Assembly (NCBI GenBank): GCA_001801465.1 | Contig: MGXT01000017.1 | Span: forward strand, 22,362 to 86,361 | Length of the DNA: 64,000 bases | DNA from: Gammaproteobacteria bacterium RIFCSPHIGHO2_12_FULL_35_23 | GTDB lineage: Bacteria > Pseudomonadota > Gammaproteobacteria > UBA12402 | Direction of reading: 5' to 3' | Shown: one piece after another, positions 10,228 through 20,509 of the stretch | Numbering within the stretch: the stretch's first letter is position 1 | How the letters are laid out: each line of letters starts with the position of its first letter | Notes under the pieces: model-generated | The model's input: only the letters and a program-made list of their open reading frames with translations | The model's database searches: none | Told to the model about the DNA's origin: nothing | Program-made: the position numbers and the translations under genes

Positions 10228-12801
10228 ATGAGAATTGATAAATTAACGAGTAAATTTCAAACCGCTTTACAGGATGCGCAATCCTTGGCAGTGGGGCGAG
10301 ATAATCTTGCAATTGAACCTATACATTTGCTTAAAGCAATGTTAAATCAAGATGATAGCTCTATTAGGCATATTGTCAGTTTAGCAGGCGGTAATGTTTC
10401 ACAATTAAATAATGAATTAGATAAAGCAATCTCACGTTTAGCTTGTCTAGAGCAGCCAAGTGGGGAAGTAAATATTTCTCCTGACTTAGCTAAGCTTCTA
10501 AATTTAACAGATAAATTAGCCCAGCAACATAAGGATCAATATATTTCCAGTGAATTACTTTTGTTAGCCGTTATGCAAGAAGGCGGAGAGCTTAGTAAGT
10601 TGTTGCGACAAGCTGGTGTCGATAAAAGTACTTTAGAAAAAGCTATTAATGATATACGAGGAGGCCAACGAGTGGATAATCCTAATGCTGAGGAGCAAAG
10701 GCAGGCTTTAGAAAAGTATACTATAGATTTAACAGCTCGGGCTGAGCAGAATAAATTAGATCCAGTCATAGGTCGAGATGATATTATTCGCCGAGTTATT
10801 CAAGTTTTACAGCGTCGAACTAAAAATAATCCAGTATTAATTGGGGAACCTGGTGTAGGTAAAACAGCAATTGTCGAAGGATTGGCACAACGTATTGTCA
10901 ATGGAGAGGTTTCTGAAGGACTAAAGGATAAGCGAGTGTTAGCTTTGGATATGGGAGCCCTCATTGCAGGCGCTAAATATAGAGGTGAGTTTGAAGAGCG
11001 TCTTAAAGCTGTTTTGAAAGATTTGGCAAAACAAGAAGGGCAGATTATTTTATTTATTGATGAAATTCATACCATGGTGGGTGCTGGTAAGGCAGAAGGA
11101 GCAATGGACGCTGGCAACATGCTTAAACCTGCTTTAGCGCGAGGCGAATTACATTGTATTGGTGCTACTACCTTAGATGAATATCGGCAGCATATTGAAA
11201 AAGATGCAGCATTAGAGCGAAGATTTCAAAAGGTATTAGTAGATGAGCCTACGGTTGAGGATACTATTGCTATTTTGCGAGGGTTAAAGGAGCGCTATGA
11301 AGTTCATCATGGCGTACAAATTACTGATCCTGCAATTGTTGCGGCAGCGACTTTATCGCAACGCTATATTACTGATAGACAGTTACCTGATAAAGCCATT
11401 GACTTAATTGACGAAGCGGCAAGTCGAATTCGTATAGAAATTGATTCTAAACCTGAAGCATTAGATAAGTTGGATAGACGTTTAATTCAATTAAAGATGG
11501 AGCGCGAAGCTTTAAAAAAAGAGAAGGATGAATCTTCGAAAAAACGTTTAGAAGATGTCGAACAAACCATCAAAGAACTTGAAAAAGAATATGGAGACTT
11601 AGAAGAAGTTTGGAAGTCTGAAAAAGCGGTGCTTTATGGAACTCAACAGTTACAAGAGGATTTAGAAAAAGCGCGTGCTCAATTAGAAACAGCAAGGCGT
11701 GCTGGCGATCTAGCGCGAATGTCTGAAATTCAATATGGTCGGATTCCAGAATTAGAGAAGCGGTTAATTACAGCTAATGCTGCGGAAGCAAAAGAAACCA
11801 AATTAATTCGCAATAAAGTTACCGCAGAAGAAATTGCCGAAGTAGTGTCTAGATGGACTCATATTCCTGTTTCTAAAATGTTGGAAGGAGAAAAAGAGAA
11901 ATTGTTACATATGGAAGAGTTTTTGCATTCTCGAGTAATTGGACAGGATGAGGCGGTTAATGCTGTTGCTAATGCAATTAGACGTTCAAGGGCAGGTTTA
12001 AGCGATCCAAATCGACCGATTGGTTCATTTATGTTTTTAGGGCCAACAGGAGTAGGTAAAACAGAGTTATGCAAAGCTTTGGCAGAGTTTTTATTTGATA
12101 CCGAAGAAGCTATGGTTCGCATTGATATGTCAGAATTTATGGAAAAACATGCCGTAGCTAGGCTAATTGGTGCGCCACCTGGTTATGTAGGATATGAAGA
12201 AGGAGGGTATTTAACTGAAGCTATACGACGCAAACCTTATTCTTTAATCTTATTAGATGAAGTGGAGAAAGCACATCCTGATGTCTTTAATGTATTGTTG
12301 CAAGTATTAGATGATGGTCGGTTGACTGATGGACAAGGCCGTACAGTAGATTTTAAAAACACAGTCGTAGTAATGACTTCAAATTTAGGTTCGCAAGTTA
12401 TTCAAGAGATGGCCAAGGAAAGCTATGATAAAATGCGTAGCGCTGTCATGGAAATTGTTGCCAAACATTTTAGACCTGAATTCATTAATCGAGTAGATGA
12501 AACGGTTGTCTTCCATGCATTAGAAAAGCAGCAGATTAAGCTAATCGCTAAAATTCAATTAGCAAGGCTCAGTAAGCGGTTGCATGAAAAAGAAATTAAT
12601 TTGGTGGTGGATGACTCAGTGTTAGAGTATTTGGCGAATGTAGGTTTTGATCCTGTTTATGGCGCTAGGCCTTTAAAACGAGTTATTCAGCAGCAGTTGG
12701 AAAACCCATTAGCACAAGAATTACTAGCTGGTAAATTTGCAGCAGAGGATACGGTTAAGGTAACTGTTAAAGAGGGTAAACTGGCGTTTAAAAGCAAATA
12801 A
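10228..12801 (+). CDS. clpB: ATP-dependent chaperone ClpB
   Basis: 857 aa. Clp N domain, two AAA+ modules ([15 protein letters not shown] and [15 protein letters not shown] Walker A motifs) and a long middle coiled-coil typical of ClpB rather than ClpA. Confidence 0.95.
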   Translation: MRIDKLTSKFQTALQDAQSLAVGRDNLAIEPIHLLKAMLNQDDSSIRHIVSLAGGNVSQLNNELDKAISRLACLEQPSGEVNISPDLAKLLNLTDKLAQQHKDQYISSELLLLAVMQEGGELSKLLRQAGVDKSTLEKAINDIRGGQRVDNPNAEEQRQALEKYTIDLTARAEQNKLDPVIGRDDIIRRVIQVLQRRTKNNPVLIGEPGVGKTAIVEGLAQRIVNGEVSEGLKDKRVLALDMGALIAGAKYRGEFEERLKAVLKDLAKQEGQIILFIDEIHTMVGAGKAEGAMDAGNMLKPALARGELHCIGATTLDEYRQHIEKDAALERRFQKVLVDEPTVEDTIAILRGLKERYEVHHGVQITDPAIVAAATLSQRYITDRQLPDKAIDLIDEAASRIRIEIDSKPEALDKLDRRLIQLKMEREALKKEKDESSKKRLEDVEQTIKELEKEYGDLEEVWKSEKAVLYGTQQLQEDLEKARAQLETARRAGDLARMSEIQYGRIPELEKRLITANAAEAKETKLIRNKVTAEEIAEVVSRWTHIPVSKMLEGEKEKLLHMEEFLHSRVIGQDEAVNAVANAIRRSRAGLSDPNRPIGSFMFLGPTGVGKTELCKALAEFLFDTEEAMVRIDMSEFMEKHAVARLIGAPPGYVGYEEGGYLTEAIRRKPYSLILLDEVEKAHPDVFNVLLQVLDDGRLTDGQGRTVDFKNTVVVMTSNLGSQVIQEMAKESYDKMRSAVMEIVAKHFRPEFINRVDETVVFHALEKQQIKLIAKIQLARLSKRLHEKEINLVVDDSVLEYLANVGFDPVYGARPLKRVIQQQLENPLAQELLAGKFAAEDTVKVTVKEGKLAFKSK

Positions 12802-12855
12802 TGAATAATATTTTGTTGATAAAGAATAGTTCTTAAATTTCATTAAGTTAACTAA

Positions 12856-14113
12856 GCAGTGTTGACATTTCATAAAAAATGCTGAATATTTCTATGCAAA
12901 CAACTAAGACGAAAGGGCAAGCATGGAATTATTTAGAGAAGATCAGTGGAAAAAGATTTATCAGTTCTTAAGAATAGAAGGCGCTAGCCGCCGGATTTAT
13001 ACTGGAACAGAAGCAAACTGTAAAGCGTTCTTCACTGCTATTTTGTGGATGACCCGCTCGGGATCACAATGGCGTTTACTTCCCAAGGAGCTGGGAGAGT
13101 GGAACACCATTTATAAACGTTTTGCCAGGTGGAGTGATCAAGGTGTTTTTAGCAGGATGTTTGAATACTTTAAAGATGACCCAGATATGACAACAACCCT
13201 TATGGTTGACTCAACGATAGTCCGAACCCACGCCAGCTGCACGGGGCTGCGGCTTCTAAAAAAAGCCTCTTAAGCCTTAGGGCGAAGCCGCGGAGGTTTT
13301 TCCACAAAAATTCATATTCTGGTCTATGAGCTTGGCAAGCCCATAGACACTTTGTATTGACTAGGGAGTAAGACTCATGACAATACCCAAATATACGCAG
13401 GCTTAAGTTCTAGATTACGATGCGATATTGTATCTAAAAAAAGAGCTTGCCAAACCAAACGCATTGCCATTGAAGAGACAGCAATAGTACTGTCTACTTA
13501 TTTAAAAACCCACTGCTATTTTGGTGAAATTGGCAATAAAATGCTTGAGGTTTGGCGGGGATCATCAGCAGCGTACTTTAGAAATAATGAATAAACTATC
13601 GCCATGTCTATCACATCGGCAGTTTTGCCGATGTGATAAAGCACGTTGTGCTCTTATAAGAGCTTATTGGAGCGCTTCAAGCAAAAAGGAACCCCTTTTT
13701 TTATTTAGATGTTCATGCCGGGTGGGATTTATACGATTTAGCAGCAGCTGTACAGAAAACCAATGAAGCTGAGATGGACATTAAACGTTTGCTGAAATAC
13801 CAGAAAGCAACTGTGGATGAAAATAAATATCTTGGTTCAGTTTTGGCTGATAGGGGTTATGATGCTGATGAGACCGTTAAATTTATTGAGAGTATGGGAA
13901 CTTGTGCAATTATACTTCTAAAGCCAAGTCGCAAGACTCCGAGAGTTTGTGACAGGTATCTCTATAAGGAACATTATCTGATTGAATGTTTTATTGAGAG
14001 GATCAAGTATTTTAGACGAGTCTTTTCACAATTTAATAAGCTGCAGGGCGATTCCTCCCTTTTATTCAGCTTACCTCAACTTTCATTTGATTAAAATGAA
14101 ACGTCAACGCCGC
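12856..14113 (+). mobile_element. IS5-group insertion sequence, transposase inactivated (decayed copy with intact ends)
   Basis: Imperfect terminal inverted repeats GCAGTGTTGACATTTCAT (12856-12873) and reverse complement of ATGAAACGTCAACGCCGC (14096-14113), 15/18 matching. Directly flanked on both sides by CTAA (12852-12855 and 14114-14117), the classic IS5 target duplication. Interior encodes IS5/DDE_Tnp_1 transposase pieces. Confidence 0.7.
12923..14094 (+). pseudogene. IS5-family DDE transposase, disrupted by nonsense mutations/frameshifts
   Basis: N-terminal DUF4096-like ORF (12923-13273) ends at an in-frame TAA, directly followed by ALGRSRGGFSTKIHILVYELGKPIDTLY* (IS5 D-region motif). 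The C-terminal ORF 13774-14094 carries the third-motif signature YKEHYLIECFIERIKYFRRVFSQFNK (YKxRxxIExxFxxLKxFRRIATRYDK). At least three stops interrupt the reading frame. Confidence 0.7.
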
Positions 14114-14215
14114 CTAATAAAATTAATAATTATTTGCAGTAAAATATCAGGGATTTGAGTTATACTAATATTAGGTAAAAAGGTAATTAAAATTAATTGG
14201 AGGGGAGGGATCTAT

Positions 14216-14647
14216 ATGAAATATCAACACTTGTTAGTGGCAACAGATTTATTAGAAGGCCATGAGGTTCTGATTCAAAAGGCGGTCGCTTTAGCCAAAG
14301 GGTTTGGCGCAAAAATTAGTATGGTTCATGTCGTAGAACCCTTGCCTGGTTATGGTTACGCTTTTATCTCACCTGCAGATATTGAAACCCAATTAATTGA
14401 TGAAGCAAAGCAACAAATTAAAAACTTGGCCTCACAAAATGGTATCCCTGAACAAAATATTCATGTTTTGTTAGGACCAACTAAAGTAGAAATTATTGAT
14501 GTAGCTGAATCAGGAAAAGTTGATTTAATAGTAGTTGGTACTCATCATCGACATGGTTTAGGACATCTATTAGGCTCCACTGCTAATGCAGTGATTCATA
14601 GTTCTCCTTGTGATGTATTAACTATTCGTATCAATGAAGAAAAATGA
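14216..14647 (+). CDS. uspA: universal stress protein (UspA family)
   Basis: 143 aa. Usp fold: MKYQHLLVATDL ... ISMVHVV ... DLIVVGTHHRHGLGHLLGSTANAVIHSSPCDVLTIR. Strong GGAGGGG SD. Confidence 0.75.
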   Translation: MKYQHLLVATDLLEGHEVLIQKAVALAKGFGAKISMVHVVEPLPGYGYAFISPADIETQLIDEAKQQIKNLASQNGIPEQNIHVLLGPTKVEIIDVAESGKVDLIVVGTHHRHGLGHLLGSTANAVIHSSPCDVLTIRINEEK

Positions 14648-14659
14648 TTAGAGTATTAA

Positions 14660-15607
14660 ATGGAATTTAAAGATTATTATAAAATTCTAGGTATTGATAA
14701 GTCAGCAAATAAGGATGAGATTAAACGTGCCTATCGAAAGTTGGCTCGTAAATATCATCCAGATGTTAGTAAAGAACAAAATGCCGAAGAAAAATTTAAA
14801 GAAGCAAAAGAAGCTTATGAGGTTTTATCAGATCCTGAAAAACATAAAGCCTATGATAATCTAGGCGCTAATTGGCGCCATGGTCAAGATTTTACACCAC
14901 CACCCGATTGGGGGCAAGCAGGGGGAGGCGGATTCTATACGAGTGGTTTTACTCAAGCTGGTGCCGAAGATTTTAGTGATTTTTTTTCAGAGTTATTTGG
15001 CCAGCGTGGTTTTCAAACTGGCAAACGATCTCGACAGGGCTTTCAAACTAAAGGCCAGGATGCACGAGTTAAAGTTTTAATTAACTTAGAAGATGCTTAT
15101 CACGGCGCTACTAAACAAATTAATCTTCAAGTTCCTGAAGTCGATCAACACGGTCGACTGATTAACAAAACTAAATCGTTAAAGGTAAAAATTCCTAAAG
15201 GCGTTATTCAAGGTCAACAAATTCGTTTATCAGGTCAAGGTGAGCCTGGTATGGGGGGTGGACCTGCGGGCGATCTTTATTTAGAAATAGAGTTTCAAGA
15301 GCACCCTTATTTTAGTGTGCAAGGCAAAGATATTTATTTAACAGTTCCCCTTGCACCTTGGGAGGCAGCATTAGGTACTATGGCGAAAGTCATGACTTTA
15401 GGTGGCGAGCTTGAAGTAAAAATTCCTGCGGGTTCGCAATCTGGGAAAAAATTACGCTTAAAAAGTAAAGGGTTGCCAGCTAAAGAATCTGGTGATCAAT
15501 TGCTTTTATTACAAATTATAACACCGCCTGCTGACACTGAAGCAAAACGAAAATTATATGAAACAATGGCTAAAGAAATGGCGTTTAATCCAAGAGTTAG
15601 TCATTAG
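14660..15607 (+). CDS. cbpA: curved DNA-binding protein CbpA (DnaJ-like co-chaperone)
   Basis: 315 aa. N-terminal J domain with HPD ([31 protein letters not shown]), Gly/Phe-rich linker, two DnaJ C-terminal beta domains, no zinc-finger CxxCxGxG repeats. That combination is CbpA not DnaJ. Followed by cbpM. Confidence 0.8.
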   Translation: MEFKDYYKILGIDKSANKDEIKRAYRKLARKYHPDVSKEQNAEEKFKEAKEAYEVLSDPEKHKAYDNLGANWRHGQDFTPPPDWGQAGGGGFYTSGFTQAGAEDFSDFFSELFGQRGFQTGKRSRQGFQTKGQDARVKVLINLEDAYHGATKQINLQVPEVDQHGRLINKTKSLKVKIPKGVIQGQQIRLSGQGEPGMGGGPAGDLYLEIEFQEHPYFSVQGKDIYLTVPLAPWEAALGTMAKVMTLGGELEVKIPAGSQSGKKLRLKSKGLPAKESGDQLLLLQIITPPADTEAKRKLYETMAKEMAFNPRVSH

Positions 15608-15616
15608 GAGTGATGT

Positions 15617-15934
15617 GTGAAACAAGAGCTAACAATTAGTAGTGTTATCATTGATGAGTCTCAAACGTTTACCATTTATGAATTATCTACAACTTGTCAG
15701 GTGTGCGCAGAAGAGATTATTGAAATGGTAGAGTATGGTTTATTAACACCGCAAGGCGAGGTACCTGAAGTGTGGATTTTTTCCGCGCGCGATTTAAGAC
15801 GTTCTCAAAAAGCCTTGCGCTTACAACAAGATTTTCAAATTAATCTACCAGGGCTTGCCCTTTCTTTAGATCTGTTAGAAGAGATTGAGCAACTACGAGC
15901 AGAATTAAATCATTTTAAAAAGCTTTATAAATAA
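15617..15934 (+). CDS. cbpM: chaperone modulatory protein CbpM (MerR-like)
   Basis: 105 aa. Immediately downstream of cbpA as in E. coli. Small MerR-type HTH-like protein of typical CbpM length. Confidence 0.65.
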   Translation: MKQELTISSVIIDESQTFTIYELSTTCQVCAEEIIEMVEYGLLTPQGEVPEVWIFSARDLRRSQKALRLQQDFQINLPGLALSLDLLEEIEQLRAELNHFKKLYK

Positions 15935-15952
15935 ATTTTTTCTATTCTGTTT

Positions 15953-15976
15953 TAAGCTTAAAATAGCTTATTTGTT
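15953..15976 (+). terminator. weak candidate terminator after cbpM
   Basis: TAAGCT-taaaat-AGCTTA hairpin (6 bp, AT-rich) followed by TTTGTT. Marginal. Confidence 0.25.
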
Positions 15977-15990
15977 AACTAAAATGAATT

Positions 15991-16329
15991 TTGGAGAATC
16001 CCATGCTACCACTTAAGCAGTTGAAAAATAAAGGATTATATGCTTGGATGAATAATTTGTTGCTAGTTATAGCTTTAACTGCTTGCACACCAGCAGTTTT
16101 GCAACCTGGTGCCAACAGAGTAATGATCATTAATCAGTCAGTTGCAAGTGATTGTGATTTTAAAGGGATGGCTAGTTCCAACTTAACTAATCAACAAGGT
16201 GCTTTTATTCAAATGCAAAATCAAGCAAGCCAGTTGGGTGGTAATCGTATTGCTTTAATTCCCAACCAAGAGGGTAATAACTTATCTAGTGGTAATGCGT
16301 TTGCTGGTAAAATTTATTATTGTCCGTAG
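15991..16329 (+). CDS. putative lipoprotein, unknown function
   Basis: 112 aa. Lipobox LLLVIALTAC after a positively charged n-region. Mature part Asn/Gln/Ser-rich, ends YYCP. Confidence 0.45.
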   Translation: MENPMLPLKQLKNKGLYAWMNNLLLVIALTACTPAVLQPGANRVMIINQSVASDCDFKGMASSNLTNQQGAFIQMQNQASQLGGNRIALIPNQEGNNLSSGNAFAGKIYYCP

Positions 16330-16435
16330 TTTTCAGCTTAACAATTTAAAGCCTATATAAATTTCTTGAAAAGAATTGATTTGGTAATCCTAATCACTTG
16401 TATATAATCGTAGCCAGAATAGGAGAAGCTGCCAT

Positions 16436-17185
16436 ATGACTAATTTATCTACAGAACAGCAACCGGAAGGTCGTTTTGTCAAAGGTATTTACTTACTGCC
16501 TAATTTATTTACTACTGCAGGTATTTTTTCAGGTTTTTATGCCATTATTGCTGCAATGAAGGGGCTTTATAGCTATGCTGCCATGACAATTTTTATTGCG
16601 ATGATTGCTGATGGGTTAGATGGCCGAGTTGCGCGGTTAACTAATACAACCAGTGCGTTTGGGGCTGAATATGACAGTTTAGCTGATATTGTCGCGTTTG
16701 GAGTAGCGCCTGCAGTCACTGCTTATAGTTGGTCTTTGCATTTGTTTGGAAAAATTGGTTGGTTAATTGCCTTTTTTTTCGTAGCAGCCGGTGCTTTGCG
16801 TTTAGCACGTTTTAATGTTCATGTCGATGATGAAACCCAAGACAAGAGATTTTTTTGTGGATTGCCTATTCCAGCTGCGGCAGGCGTTGTTACCAGCATG
16901 ATGTGGGTATCACATATTAATAAAATTAATGGTCTAGGAGGGCATTTAGCATTATTACTTATTACTATTTTAGCAGCTGGGTTGATGGTAAGTAATGTTA
17001 AGTATTTCAGTTTTAAAGATTTTGATTTTAAAGGTAACGTGCCTTTTGTTGCAATTTTAATAGTAGTCTTATTATTTGTAGCCATTGCGATAGACCCTCC
17101 TTCAATCTTATTTATAGGTTTTTTTATTTACTTACTTTCAGGACCTATTTATTTCTTACGCTACTATCTTAAAAAGAAAAACTAA
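16436..17185 (+). CDS. pssA: CDP-diacylglycerol--serine O-phosphatidyltransferase (CDP-alcohol phosphatidyltransferase family, type II PssA)
   Basis: 249 aa polytopic membrane protein with the CDP-OH phosphotransferase motif DGLDGRVAR ... GAEYDSLAD. Confidence 0.8.
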   Translation: MTNLSTEQQPEGRFVKGIYLLPNLFTTAGIFSGFYAIIAAMKGLYSYAAMTIFIAMIADGLDGRVARLTNTTSAFGAEYDSLADIVAFGVAPAVTAYSWSLHLFGKIGWLIAFFFVAAGALRLARFNVHVDDETQDKRFFCGLPIPAAAGVVTSMMWVSHINKINGLGGHLALLLITILAAGLMVSNVKYFSFKDFDFKGNVPFVAILIVVLLFVAIAIDPPSILFIGFFIYLLSGPIYFLRYYLKKKN

Positions 17186-17880
17186 AAACTTTAGTAAGGT
17201 AAGAATTTTCTTCTCCTAGTTCTTCTGCATTAATACTATAGTGTTTAGCTAATTTTTGATTATTTATTCTATCTGTTAAAAGTTCAGCAAACTTAGAACC
17301 TTCATCAAGTTTTTATTCAAGAAATTTCCCAAATTCTTTATAAGCTTTGAGTTGCTTACTAGTAGATAATGCTAAAACAAGAACATTAGTGCTTAAAAAA
17401 TTTAAATACAAATTAGTAAACTTTAGAACTATTGACTAATTACAGTAGCTGCATGCTCAAGTTAGTTTTTAAAAAACATTTTGCGATTAACAAATTAAAA
17501 ATAAGAGTAGAATTTTTAGAAGAGTCGGATTGCTAAGAGCTTATTAATCAATAGTATTATTTGGTCAATTATTAGGTACTAGGTAATAATTTATCCGTTT
17601 ATTTTATTTACTAAACTTTATTTGTAAAAACCTTGCTCAATTAAGCCAGAAACTTAAAAAACCAGTTTGTTTAATTTTTATTTTACGCTATGCTGTTGGC
17701 AATTTGTTGGGATTGTTGCTGGCTATTCTCTTTATCATATTATTTTTCATCTTAAATAATTATTTTTAAAATTAAAAATAATTATTTATTGTTTTAGCTT
17801 TCATTATCCCGCGCTAAAAAAATTTAGTAATTACCGCAAGAATTAATTTTTAAAAACAGATTTACAACCATGAGGTTATT

Positions 17881-19197
17881 ATGAAATTAAAATTAATAAG
17901 TAAGACGCTAATAAGTCTGAGTCTTACTGGATCATTATTAGCTTTTTCTTCTTATGCTAATGCGGCTGGATTCCAGCTTTACGAACAAGATAGTGCAGGG
18001 CTAGGTGACTATCATGCTGGTGGAGCGGCAGAAGCTGATAGTGCCAGCACGGCTTGGTATAACCCAGCAGGTTTAATACGTTTGAAACGCCAGGAAATTA
18101 CGACAGGGGTTGCGGCAGTACATACGAATTTACCTTACAATGGTACCGTAGAAGTCAATACTGTTAATCCTGGAAATCCTGCTACGGTGCATGCGCAAGG
18201 TGGAAACTGGGGCTATATTCCTAACTTTTATTATGCAAGACCCATTAATGATAATTGGGCAGTTGGTTTTGGTGCTGTAGTCCCTTTTGGACTAGAGACT
18301 GATTATAGTAGTGATACTTATATTCGTTATGCAGCAACTAAAACTTCAGTAGAAGTGATAGATATTGGTCCTTCTGTTGCCTATCAATTAAATCGGGTCA
18401 TTTCATTGGGCTTGGGATTAGATGCTCAACATATGGAAGGCATTTTTAATCAGTATGCTGGAGTTGGTACCACACTGGATACTAAGAGTAAGAACTCTGG
18501 CAGTGATTGGGCTTATGGCTATCATGCGGGGATATTGCTACAGTTTACTCCTACCACGCGTGTTGGTTTAGCTTACCATTCACAAGTAGTGCACCACCTT
18601 ACTGGGAAAAGTAAATTTATAGGTCCTTTAGCAAATGGTTTGGCAGGAGGTACTCAGGTCTCAGATGATCTTAAAGGAAATGTTGCGTTACCGCCTTATG
18701 CCCAGCTGAGTTTTTATCATGATTTCAATGCTCAGTGGTCTATTTTAGCTTCAGCTATGTATACAATGTGGAGCGTATTTCGTGATTTACGGTTGGAAAA
18801 TGTGGCGGCAATTAATGCAGTAACTTTTTCTCCAGATAACAATGCTGTAATAACAGTTGCTGAAGATTATCGTAATACTTGGAATTTTGCTTTAGGTGCT
18901 CATTATAAGCCGATTCAAAATTTAACAATTAAAGCTGGGGTAGGGTATGATGAAAGCCCTGCTCGTAGTGCTTATCGAAATGTGCAATTACCGGATCAAA
19001 ATCGTTTTGCCGTAGCAGCAGGATTACACTATCAGTTCTTACCTGATTTAGGAGCTGATATTGGCTATATGCATTTGTTTATTCGTAAAGCTAATATCAA
19101 TTTGACTCAAGCGGTCTCTAATGAAGAAGTTACTACTATTGGTAGTACGCAAGGCAGCGCCAACTTATACGGCTTACAAGTTACGTGGGATTTTTAA
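17881..19197 (+). CDS. fadL: outer-membrane long-chain fatty acid / hydrophobic compound transporter, FadL/TodX family
   Basis: 438 aa. Signal peptide then AGFQLYEQDSAGLGDYHAGGAAEADSASTAWYNPAGL (FadL N-terminal hatch signature). Beta-rich, C-terminal aromatic residue (..QVTWDF). Confidence 0.8.
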   Translation: MKLKLISKTLISLSLTGSLLAFSSYANAAGFQLYEQDSAGLGDYHAGGAAEADSASTAWYNPAGLIRLKRQEITTGVAAVHTNLPYNGTVEVNTVNPGNPATVHAQGGNWGYIPNFYYARPINDNWAVGFGAVVPFGLETDYSSDTYIRYAATKTSVEVIDIGPSVAYQLNRVISLGLGLDAQHMEGIFNQYAGVGTTLDTKSKNSGSDWAYGYHAGILLQFTPTTRVGLAYHSQVVHHLTGKSKFIGPLANGLAGGTQVSDDLKGNVALPPYAQLSFYHDFNAQWSILASAMYTMWSVFRDLRLENVAAINAVTFSPDNNAVITVAEDYRNTWNFALGAHYKPIQNLTIKAGVGYDESPARSAYRNVQLPDQNRFAVAAGLHYQFLPDLGADIGYMHLFIRKANINLTQAVSNEEVTTIGSTQGSANLYGLQVTWDF

Positions 19198-19213
19198 TAA
19201 ATTAGAAAGAAAT

Positions 19214-19243
19214 AAAAAACCGCGCCTAGCGCGGTTTTTTTTG
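19214..19243. terminator. bidirectional rho-independent terminator between fadL and the convergent secreted-protein gene
   Basis: AAAAAA-CCGCGC-cta-GCGCGG-TTTTTTTT: 6-bp GC-only stem, 3-nt loop, flanked by an A-tract upstream and an 8-T tract downstream. Sits between convergent stops at 19197 and 19259. Confidence 0.8.
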
Positions 19244-19258
19244 TTCTCAAATTAACTA

Positions 19259-19654
19259 TTAACCAATAGTTAATTGATAAGGTGCTGTAGAAATATTGAT
19301 GTCATCTAAAGAGCTGGGCGCAGAAATGTTTCCAGAAGATAAATCCATAGAAACTGTAGCGCTTGAACCGCCACAAGTTTTACCAACTGTAGTTGGATCT
19401 AAATAAAGTGTGGCATTACAAGAGCCTGTTGATTTACCACAAAGAGAAGTTACGATTGCCCAAGGAGTCTTTGTTTGTGGTTGACCAGGTCCAGTCCATT
19501 GTCCTAGTGTACCTGAACAAAGTGGACCGACTTTGACAGAAGAATAGTCATTAGAATTGTTAGTAGTTGTTAGCACATTATCAGCCATTGCTAAAGAAGT
19601 ACCTGCTAATAAAACAGCTGCTGCAGTACTAAGAATTAAAGACTTAATTTTCAT
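19259..19654 (-). CDS. small secreted Cys-containing protein, unknown function
   Basis: Probable start MKIKSLILSTAAAVLLAGTSLAMA (signal peptide, AMA-D cleavage) preceded by GGAGA SD. Mature part is about 107 aa, Ser/Thr/Gly-rich with 4 Cys. Strong terminator downstream. Confidence 0.55.
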   Translation of the reverse strand: MKIKSLILSTAAAVLLAGTSLAMADNVLTTTNNSNDYSSVKVGPLCSGTLGQWTGPGQPQTKTPWAIVTSLCGKSTGSCNATLYLDPTTVGKTCGGSSATVSMDLSSGNISAPSSLDDINISTAPYQLTIG

Positions 19655-19682
19655 AAAACATCTCCAAGTTATTAAACAAATC

Positions 19683-19698
19683 ATTCTCTATAGAGAAT
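19683..19698. promoter_or_regulatory. 16-bp perfect palindrome ATTCTCTATAGAGAAT about 30 nt upstream of the secreted-protein start codon (candidate operator)
   Basis: Read directly from the sequence. Perfect dyad located between the putative promoter and the SD of the 19654 gene. Confidence 0.4.
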
Positions 19699-19969
19699 CT
19701 TGTATAAACTTAATTTTGTTAAGTTTAATTGACACCCACTATAGGCGCTTGATTTTAGAAATGCAAGTAAATTAAGCAAAATATGAACAAAAAATACTCA
19801 TATTTTAGCCGACTATTATTAGAAGCTATTGAAAATACTTAATAAATTTGTAAGATACTAGACATGTCGTGATTTTCTTACTAATAGTTTTTTAAGGGTG
19901 TTACCTTGCAAAAAGCTAACATTGATAAATCTATTTTTAAGCAGGTAGAAAGGGTCATAAAATCAATTG

Positions 19970-20239
19970 TCACCGATGTTTGGTATGGCTGCCAGTATCA
20001 GTTTGTGGTGGATGAGGATTTACTTGATCAAGTGCTTGATGTATTTGTTGTAGTAAATGAGCTGTTTCCCCACCGCGCATATTTTCTTCTTCGGCAACAG
20101 CTAGCTCCCGAACATCATATTCCCATCGTTCTAGAATTTCAGTTTTTTGAGCGACTGACAAGTGAGGATGTTTAACTACAGCTTCTGGACTTTCAAACTC
20201 TTCACTGGGTGTTAACATCGCTTTTTTAATATTAACCAT
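19970..20239 (-). CDS. small acidic hypothetical protein
   Basis: 89 aa. AAAGGGG SD 6 nt upstream. GAA/AAA/CAA-biased third positions match the genome better than the overlapping plus-strand ORF 19906-20175. C-terminal His/Pro-rich tail. Confidence 0.4.
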   Translation of the reverse strand: MVNIKKAMLTPSEEFESPEAVVKHPHLSVAQKTEILERWEYDVRELAVAEEENMRGGETAHLLQQIHQALDQVNPHPPQTDTGSHTKHR

Positions 20240-20444
20240 AAGTAACCCCTTTGGTAATTATTCCTTATTTCTATATTAATTTTACTCCTTTTATTTCTAA
20301 ATTTCTTGGATTCTTGAAAATTTATAAAACTTTATATTTTTTAATAAGTTAGCTTGAGAAAGGAGAATTACTTGATTGAGTAATTTCACAGGGTAAATTA
20401 CATAAAATGAGATATTCTAAAAAAAGAGATAAATATTTAAGGTA

Positions 20445-20464
20445 CTTAATATTATTTTAATATT
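20445..20464 (+). promoter_or_regulatory. putative PmrA-type regulatory element (tandem cTTAATATT-AT-tTTAATATT) upstream of the ankyrin gene
   Basis: Two 9-bp direct repeats separated by 2 bp, followed 7 nt later by a TATATT -10-like hexamer. The start codon is at 20510. Matches the published PmrA box of Legionella/Coxiella effector promoters (cTTAATatT-N2-cTTAATatT). Confidence 0.45.
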
Positions 20465-20509
20465 TAATTGTTATATTAAACTAAATTAAAGAATGAGAGG
20501 AAAATAAAA

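Noticed and set aside
13521-13766. 81-aa ORF inside the IS5 element
   Set aside because: Lies in a wrong frame of the decayed transposase. The real transposase remnants are readable in another frame (ALGRSRGGFSTKIHILV..).
19906-20175. Plus-strand 89-aa ORF overlapping the minus-strand small acidic protein
   Set aside because: TTG start. GAG/CAG/GTG-rich third positions are contrary to the strong A/T3 bias of this genome. The minus-strand frame has a better SD and codon usage.
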